This document shows positions 22,250 to 30,590 of a stretch of 30,590 nucleotides of DNA, one piece after another; within the stretch, counting starts at the first letter, position 1; the number at the start of each line of letters is the position of its first letter. This DNA comes from Octopus sinensis. Lineage: Eukaryota. The translations under genes and the position numbers were made by a program. A model generated the notes under the pieces. It did not search any database, had not been told where the DNA came from, and saw nothing but the letters and a program-made list of their open reading frames with translations. The DNA lies in NCBI RefSeq assembly GCF_006345805.1, contig NW_021832469.1, forward strand, positions 1 through 30,590. Reading direction: 5' to 3'.

Positions 22250-22460
22250 AATGACCTCCATGACAAATGATTTGTTTATAGTGATGAAATGTTCGCGCCG
22301 CACATCAGATCACTCTCTTCATCAAATCGACGTTGTCAGGTGCAGTGGTGTGTACCACGCTTCCGGTCTAGAAGTGATCTCAGAGCAACGCGAGGTGAAG
22401 TGTTTTGTTGAAGAATACAATGCACCACTCAGTCTGGGAATTGAACTAAAATTGCGATGG
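22250..22460 (-). mobile_element. degenerate SINE related to 13450-13788
   Basis: GAGCAACGCGAGGTGAAGTGTTTTGTTGAAGAATACAATGCA..GGGAATTGAACT parallels 13669-13735. Confidence 0.55.
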
Positions 22461-22888
22461 TACACTTAATATAGTGTGATGGAATATATCAATAATCGGC
22501 ATTTAAATTTGATTGGGTTGTTGATTTTCAAATCATAACGGTGTAATATTCATTACCATCTGGATGTTTTGGAGTGGGTTTTGAAAATTACCAGTAAGGT
22601 ATACATAAACATTAATAGTATAGAATCAAAAACCTTGTCCAGAAAATAATTAAATTAATTAATTAATTAATTAATTAATTGATAATAACTGATTAATATT
22701 GAAGTGGGATCGCGGGACGGATGTTTAAAAAGTTAGAGTTAAAAAATGGTATTAAAATAAATAGAAAATTCAATAGCGAATATACAGTTTACAAATAAAT
22801 ATACACAGATAAAAACATAAATAAATACATATACAGTCATATATAGTTACATACATACACGCAGTTATGGCACACTATTCTACATACA

Positions 22889-23480
22889 AGGCATCAAGCC
22901 GGTAGAAACGTTAGAACGCCGGGTGAAATGCTTAGCGGTATTTCGTCTGCCGTTACGTTGAGTTCAAATTCCGCCGAGGTCGACTTTGCCTATCATCCTT
23001 TGGGGTCGATAAATTAAGTACCAGTTACGCACTGGGGTCGATGTAAGTGACTTAATACCTCTGTCTGTCCGTGTTTGTCCACTCTATGTTTAGCCCCTTG
23101 TGGGTAGTAAAGAAATATGTATTTCGTCTGCCGCTACGTTCTGATTTCAAATTTCGCCGAGGTCGACTTTGCCTTTCATCCTTTCGGGGTCGATTAAATA
23201 AGTACCAGTTACGCATTGGGGTCGATCTAATCGACTTATTCCGTTTGTCTGTCCTTGTTTGTCCTCTCTGTGTTTAGCCCCTTGTGGGTAGTAAAGAAAT
23301 ATGTATTTCGTCTGCCGTTACGTTCCGCGTTCAAATTCCGCCGAGGTCGACGTTGCCTTTCATCCTGTCGGGGTCGATAAATTAAGTACCAATTGCGCAC
23401 TGGGGGTCGATCTAATCGACTGCTCCCCCCCCCCCCCCTCCTCCAAAATTTTTTGGCCTCATGCCTAGAATAGAAAAGAA
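22889..23480 (+). mobile_element. SINE trimer flanked by a 13-bp target-site duplication
   Basis: Unit starts at 22937, 23118 and 23302. TATTCTACATACA occurs at 22876-22888 and 23481-23493. Confidence 0.9.
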
Positions 23481-23784
23481 TATTCTACATACAGACACAG
23501 AAATACCCACACATTGATAGATATATGCCATTACGTAAAAAAAAACATTAAAACTCCTTAGGAGATGGCCAACGTGTATTTGTGAAAGTATTCAAACATC
23601 ACATAAAGATAAATTATATCCGGAACCCGCGACGAACTTTTCATCGCCACAAATGGAAGCAGTGATTTACGACACATCCACCAAATAACTATCCACTGAG
23701 AGAATTAAAATAAGACAAGCACAATTGGGTGGGGTGGGTGAACCGCACTTGTCATATCCAATAGGTGACAGAGGATATATGTTC

Positions 23785-24000
23785 ATGTGTGTGTGTGTGT
23801 GTGCACACGCCCGCGTGCTTGAAACCGATGTTGGTGTGTTTACGTTCCCGTAACTTAGCGGTTCGGCAAAAGGGACCCGTTAGAATAAGTATTAGGCTTA
23901 CAAAGAATAAGTATCAAGGTTGATATGTTCGACTAAAACCCCTTTTAAAAATCGGTGCTCCAGCATGGCCGGAGTCATATAACTGAAACGCATAAGATAA
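23785..24000 (+). mobile_element. SINE 3' half (family of 19640-19972)
   Basis: (TG)n, then AACCGATGTTGGTGTGTTTACGTTCCCGTAACTTAGCGGTTCGGCAAA..AGAATAAGTATTAGGCTTAC..GGTGCTCCAGCATGGCC..AACTGAAAC. Confidence 0.85.
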
Positions 24001-24134
24001 AATATACCTGTTCAAAATCTCTCCCTCTCTCTCTCCCCTCTCTCCCCTCCCTTGTGTGTGTATATATATATACACACACAAATAAAAATTTTCAGGATTA
24101 AATAAAACACAAGAAACGGGAATATGACATACCT

Positions 24135-24185
24135 ATGTAATAATAATAATAATAATAATAATAACAACAATAAAATAACAATAAC

Positions 24186-24221
<36 letters not shown>

Positions 24222-24442
24222 TAATAAAATATAATAATAATAATAATATAATAATAATAATCGACTTATTGTGATGGTGATAATGATAAAAAAACAAAAA
24301 TAACAATAATAAGATACTGCTGTGACTACACATAAAACAATATCATTGATGATGATGATGGTGATGGTGATGATGATGATGATGGTAATGGTGGTGATAA
24401 TGATGATAGTGATGGTAATGGTGAAGATAATAACAATAATAA
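24135..24442. repeat. (TAA)/(TGA) microsatellite, 5' flank of the R4/Dong element
   Basis: Direct reading. Confidence 0.9.
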
Positions 24443-27400
24443 GCCGACTACGGCTGCTATACTGGTACGATTATAATTGTAACGGCAATGATGGCCGTCT
24501 CCCCACGAGCCAATCAAAGCTAAAAAATGATAACATTATCGTAGCACCAAAATGTTTTTGGAAACTAAAAGGAAAACTAAATCAGTATACCAAATCGCTT
24601 GTCCTATGGTTAATCTGGAAGCGCGTCCCCCAGGGAAGAGCCAGCCTGGGATCGAAAAGTCATCAACTGGCACAAACTCTTCTCCGAATACGGACAATAC
24701 GGATGGTCACTTGAACGGGAAATCCCCCAACTCGAGCCCTCCAAGTTCACCATCACAACCACCACAGAAAAAAAATGTAAGCGGAACAAATGGACCCGAG
24801 AAGAGTATAAAAAGTAATATACGCTTATTACATGCATTAGGTAGGCCATCTCAAGAGAGACACACCGCAAACTCTTACAGTATATGGAGAACACGGAATC
24901 AAGACAGTAGGCCCTATTTGGACGAGAACAAATTAGCAAATGTGAGGAGGGATATCTTTAGAAATAACAGACTCACAGACAGTGAAATAAGTGCGATCAA
25001 GCACGCAACGGAAAATGACATAAATATAAGACACAAAGGAAATGAAGAATCAGATGAACAGTATAGCCCCCACGAGGCTTAATTGAAAGACTGCCATCTG
25101 ACCAAAGTACGCAAAGGCCTGAAGATACAAGAAATTCTATTGTACCTGTTAAAGATAGCCAGGAAAACGAAAAAACAACAGTAACTGAAGATCTCGCATT
25201 TGCTGAAGAACACAGAGAGTCTATGGCAGAAATGAGGCAGAAAATCCTGAATACGCTTGAAGTTGTAAGACATACAAGTATGAATGATAGAGAACCACTT
25301 CATAAACTCTCAAATACAAACCAAAATAAAAACAAATCCAAATTGGCAACTATGTAACAAATGAAATAATACGAGAATTAAACCTGATTTTACTGAGTTA
25401 AATGAAATTATTTACGCTTCTGCTAGGGCAATTGAAACCAGCTGTATGCCCCCGAAAAAACAAAGAAAACAAAACCTGGAAGAAATCAAACCTGGAGAAG
25501 TAAAATTGAAAAGAGATTGAATTTATGAGAGGGGAAATATCAATATTAAATGAACTAATATGTGGAAATGATGTAAGATCCAGAACAGGAAGAAAGATGA
25601 AGAGAAAATTTGGATCCTCACCAAGAGAAGAACTGATATCAATAAAAGAAACGCTGAAACAAAATCCAAGCAAAAGCCAAAGAATACGAAGATTTGAGAA
25701 GAGAAACAAGTTTTACAAGCAAAATAAGCTGTTCACATCCAATGCCAAAAAATTCTACAGAGAAATAGGGAAGGAGAAAGTAACCGTTAAAGACCCCCCT
25801 CCCATGGAAGAAGTTCAAAACTTTTGGAAAGGATTTGGAGTGACAAGAAGACGTACAACATAAATGCAGACTGGATTATACAAACTGAAGGATCCTACCA
25901 AAATTTACAACACACAAGCATGGGAAGACATCACAATAGCAGACCTAAGAAAGGCACTCACGAAGGCCCATAATTGGAAATCCCCCGGTAAGATAGGGTG
26001 CCGAATTTCTGGCTCGCATCGCTCCCGTGCGCACACGGTAAGCTAGTTCAGCTGCTCAATGGAATTTTGAGAGACCCAAAGAAAACACCTGAATGGTTAG
26101 CAAGTGGCATTACTTACCTACTCCCAAAGAATAACGAAACCAACCTTCCAAAAAACTATCGGCCTATAACCTGTCTATCCACCACGTATAAAATCCTAAC
26201 ATCTATCCTGGCGGAGAAAACATATGCATTCATGGAGAAGAACGATATTTTCCCCATTGAACAAAAAGGGTGCCGCCGAGGCTCTTACGGATGCAAAGAT
26301 CAACTGCTAATCAATCGTATGATCCTTGAGAACTGTCACAACAAGCGCAGAAATCTCAGCACCGCATGGATTGACTATAAAAAGGCCTTCGACAGTATAC
26401 CGCATCCATGGATCTTGAGATCGCTGGACATCTTCAAAATTTCCCCTGTGATTTCAAACTTCCTGAAGCACAATATGTCGTTGTGGAATACGAATCTCCA
26501 ATTATACCACTCTAATGGAGTACTTGCCTCAGAAAATATAAACATCAACTGTGGAATTTTTCAAGGTGACTCACTTTCACCTTTAATATTCTGCATAGCC
26601 CTAATACCCCTTACAAGTGAATTAAACAGAACAGGGTATGGGTATAAAATTGCCAATAAAAAAATAAGCCATCTATTTATATGGATGACTTAAAACTTTA
26701 TGGTAAAGACAATAATGAACTTGAAGGCCTATTGCGCACCGTGAAAGCATTCAGCGATGACATCGGGATGGAGTTTGGACTTGAGAAGTGTGCCAAGGCC
26801 ACTTTCCAGAAAGGAAAGTGAAGACCACAAATTCAGTCGTGTTAGATGTTGACACAGTCATAAGAGAGCTTGAGCAAGAACAAACATACAAATATTTAGG
26901 GATAAATGAAGGCTCTGGTATTCAGCATGCAAGCATGAAAGAGAAATCAGGAAGGAATGTTATAGGAGAGTTCGTGCAGTCCTGAAATCTGAACTAAATG
27001 CACGTAACAAGGTGTTAGCTATAAATTCCTTAGCAGTTCCAGTTGTTACTTATAGCTACAATGTGTTGAACTGGAATATGAGTGAAGTAAAGAATATAGA
27101 TAGAAAATACGCAAGCTGCTGAGTTGTAATAGGATGCACCACCCAAAGGCAGACGTAGATCGCCTTTACCTTCCCAGAGCCCAAGGAGGTCGAGGCCTGA
27201 TCCAATTTGAACTAGCTTACAAAACAACCACAATTGGACTGGCCAAATATCTCGAAATATCGAATGACTGGATGCTAAAGCTCGTGGAAAATCACGAGAG
27301 ACGAAAGAAGCTTCATTCTATCATCAAGGAAAGCAAAAAATTTGCTATTGATCTCGTGCAGGATACCCAACTGAACAACCCGAGGGAAGTACGGCAACTA

Positions 27401-28400
27401 TTGTTGCAAAGAAGGTGAAAATGATGGCAATGAAAAAAGCGCACGAGCAATTGGCTGATAGGTGGGAGGAGAAACCTCTGCACGGCAAATATGTGACCCG
27501 CAGCAAACAAGCTGATGTTGACCAGAAGCAAACCCATCAGTGGCTACGGAGCTCAGGGCTAAAAGCAGAGAGCGAAGGTTTCATCCTGGCTGCTCAAGAT
27601 CAAAGCCTATTAACCCGAACTACCAGGCCAATGTGATGAAAAATGGAGCAGACCCAAAATGCCGATTCTGCAACGACATGATTGAAACAGTGGACCACCT
27701 AATCTCTGGATGTAAAGTCTTAGCACCAGTGGAGTATAAATTAAGACATGACAGAGTTGGCCAATATCTCCACTGGCTAATAAGTCGGCATTACAATATC
27801 AAAACTGCCGACAAGTGGTATAATCACCACCCTGAGGCTGTAACTGAAGGAGAAATGTAACCATTCTGTGGGACTTTCCAGTACATACAGACCGAACCAT
27901 CAAGGCCAATAAACCAGATATTTTGTGAAAGACCAAACAATAAAGTTTGCTTATTGATCGACATGAGCATCCCCTGTGATCATAATATCTCAGCGAAAGA
28001 GTTTGACAAGCTCAGAAAATATAAAGACCTACTCATTGAAATTGAGAAAATGTGGCATCTCAAGGCGGTTACAATACCAGTGATCGTAGGAGCACTAGGA
28101 ATGATCAAGAAGGGAACCGAAAATTATATGAGAATGATCCCTGGCTTACCATCCCTGCAAGAAGTGCAAAAGATTGTCTTAACTGGTACATCACACGTAT
28201 TGAGAAGAGCATTGTCGATGTGAGAACTGTTGCTGCTCATGTATTTTAATTTAATTTAACTTTAAAAAAAAAAAAAAAATGAACGAACTACTGAGTTTGG
28301 TTTAATGGCCTACCAATATACACTATGAGTTTCTTTGCCCTAGGAGTCGGGAAGACACTCGGCAAGAAATGGAAGCAAATTTGAAAGAAGAAAAAAAAAG
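24443..28400 (+). mobile_element. near full-length R4/Dong-clade non-LTR retrotransposon (single ORF: RT + CCHC + restriction-like endonuclease)
   Basis: RT motifs (NYRPITCL, QKG, WIDYKKAFDS, GIFQGDSLSP, YMDD at 26678-26689), CRFC..ETVDHLISGC zinc knuckle, RHDRV, WDFPV.TDRTI.ANKPD and IDMSIP..KYKDL endonuclease motifs. No APE domain. Flanked by TAA repeats on both sides. Confidence 0.95.
24606..28223 (+). pseudogene. R4/Dong ORF (reverse transcriptase / RLE endonuclease), broken by many frameshifts in this sequence
   Basis: ORF-track fragments 24552, 25525, 25998, 27134, 27415, 27540 and 27954 join into one colinear protein through frameshifts. The stop is TGA at 28221-28223. Confidence 0.9.
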
Positions 28401-28437
28401 TAATAATAATAATAATAATAATAATAAGATAATAATG

Positions 28438-28476
<39 letters not shown>

Positions 28477-28491
28477 TAAATATAATAATGA

Positions 28492-28533
<42 letters not shown>

Positions 28534-28579
28534 TAATATGATATAATATAATGATAATAATACTAATAATGAAATAATA

Positions 28580-28610
<31 letters not shown>

Positions 28611-28715
28611 AATAATAAGAATATAATGATAATATAATAATAATAATAATAATAAATAATAATAATAATATAATAAATAATAATAATAATAATAATATGA
28701 TATAATAATAATAAA
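28401..28715. repeat. (TAA)n microsatellite, 3' flank of the R4/Dong element
   Basis: Direct reading. Confidence 0.95.
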
Positions 28716-28874
28716 ACATGTAGAATAAACAAACTAACTACACAGCGGACAGAAAACCGGTCACCAATTCTTCATCGGTTTTTCGGCCAGAGGGGTCAAA
28801 CGCAATTTCCAGCCCATTATCGATAATTATTGTTTCCATGGTGGAGACACTGACAACTTGCCGAGAATGGAACC

Positions 28875-29081
28875 ACATACACATACACATATCATACATA
28901 CATACATACATACCTATAACAACATACAGACATCATACATACATACATACACATACATACTTACATACATACATACACAACATACTATATACATACCTAC
29001 AACATACATACATACAAACATACATACATACATATATACATACATACATACATACATACATACATACATACATACATACAT
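28875..29081. repeat. (TACA)n microsatellite
   Basis: Direct reading. Confidence 0.9.
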
Positions 29082-29510
29082 GGTGGCTGCCCCCTCGTTA
29101 TCGAGTAGGCCATTGCACGAAACTTAATCAATGTTGTTATCGTGCAATGCCTGTGCAAGAAGATTTTGTTTTAAAGTGAGGAAAGGCTGTGCACTGAGTC
29201 AATCCCACTCACTAAGCAACAGCAGCCATAAGTCAATATTATCGGTAACCACTGAGCCGCAGGTTTTATGTCGGAGTTATCCCAGTTACCTGAGTTACCT
29301 TCTCCTTGAAGGATGGCCTATCAAAGGCTAGGAGTCCTTCACTCCCAATGGTTTAACTGTGCGATCGGGTATTCAGTCCGACATACATATAGGTTACGGT
29401 ACATGGGCGACTGCTGGTCTTCCATAAAACCACCTTGCCCAGACTTGTGACTAGGAGGGTAACTTTCTAGGTGCAATCCCATGGTCAGTGTCGTGACCGA
29501 AGGGGGTCCC
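29082..29510. mobile_element. retroposon fragment between (TACA)n tracts, sharing its end with the 13450-13788 SINE tail
   Basis: 29398-29510 matches the reverse complement of 13452-13565. 29250-29350 on the minus strand (CAAGGAGAAGGTAACTC..CGACATAAAACC) resembles RTE 5'-UTR motifs (memory). Orientation is uncertain. Confidence 0.6.
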
Positions 29511-29989
29511 GACCGACCGACATACATACATACATACATACATACATACATACATACATACATACATACATACTTTACATAAATGTCTGATTATGTATTT
29601 ACGAACACACCTATATATACGAGAAACCCAAAAGGTTTTAACCAGATAGAAAACCAATAACTCTCTTTGAACATCACTTTATTTACACTGTTGGTATTTT
29701 TATATCACCATTTGTTTTTGAAGATAAATTAAGACGATTTGTTATTATTTTCATCCCCTTTGATCTCGCTAAGTCAAGGAAATGAAACAGAAACTAAAAC
29801 GGGGCTGGGGTGGGGGAAAATAGATATTTATTCAATGTTTCGGGAACAATTAATTATAGAAAGAACAAAAGTGTTATACACCATGTCAGAGTTGGCCTAT
29901 TTGTACTAATTTGTTTATGTTTAAAGTACTGGAACTGATACTGCTAGTATCACACGACTGGGAGCTCCGATATGTATATATGTAATAAT

Positions 29990-30001
29990 ATCTATCTATC
30001 T

Positions 30002-30033
<32 letters not shown>

Positions 30034-30034
30034 A

Positions 30035-30073
<39 letters not shown>

Positions 30074-30074
30074 T

Positions 30075-30119
<45 letters not shown>

Positions 30120-30249
30120 ATATTTATCTATCTATATCTATCTATCTATCTATTATCTATCTATCATCTATCTATATATTTATCTATCTATCTATCTATT
30201 ATCTATCTATATACTATTTATTCTATATATCTATCTATCTATATATCTA

Positions 30250-30292
<43 letters not shown>

Positions 30293-30324
30293 CTATCTAT
30301 CTATCTATCTATCTATCATCTATC

Positions 30325-30383
<59 letters not shown>

Positions 30384-30425
30384 ATCTATCTATCTATCTA
30401 TCTATCATCTATCTATATCTATCTC
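29990..30425. repeat. (TATC)n/(TA)n microsatellite
   Basis: Direct reading. Confidence 0.95.
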
Positions 30426-30590
30426 TGGACAGACCAGACGCAAGTCAAATGGGCTCCACGTAAGTTGGTATTTTTGTACGTTCAAAAGTGTATATGACAA
30501 TATTTTGTGTTTAAAAGTTGTGCAACAACATCCACTGCAACCTTGATAAATATCTACACAAAATTTTGCCCCTTGTGGGCAAAATTAAAA

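Noticed and set aside
30433-30459. Possible 27-nt micro-exon before GTAAGT
   Set aside because: The acceptor context is a TATC microsatellite and there is no supporting homology; this is at chance level.
30562-30586. 10-bp stem hairpin AATTTTGCCC/GGGCAAAATT
   Set aside because: It is an isolated short hairpin at the window edge and cannot be interpreted.

Overview
AT-rich eukaryotic non-coding DNA, saturated with (AAT)n, (TA)n, (TACA)n and (TAGA)n microsatellites and transposon relics. The repeat repertoire strongly resembles an Octopus genome (recognition from memory, not a database result). No host protein-coding gene is supportable, and almost all ORF-track entries are microsatellite translations or chance. 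Recognisable elements: (1) a near full-length R4/Dong-clade non-LTR retrotransposon (24443-28400; RT + CCHC + restriction-like endonuclease) inside TAA repeats, plus an older 3' fragment of a relative (200-820); (2) an RTE/BovB-like 3' end; (3) a Helitron 3' fragment with a Pif1 helicase remnant and a non-autonomous Helitron; (4) a pogo/Tigger-like deletion derivative and a hAT-like MITE; (5) many tRNA-derived SINEs, three of them fixed-junction concatemers. The most interesting signal is three to four unrelated families of short repeats carrying minimal type-I hammerhead-ribozyme-like motifs with palindromic stem III, as known from Penelope-like element termini. They repeatedly occur as divergent inverted pairs, and one family has a swapped G3-C8 core pair. 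Ribozyme activity is inferred from sequence only.
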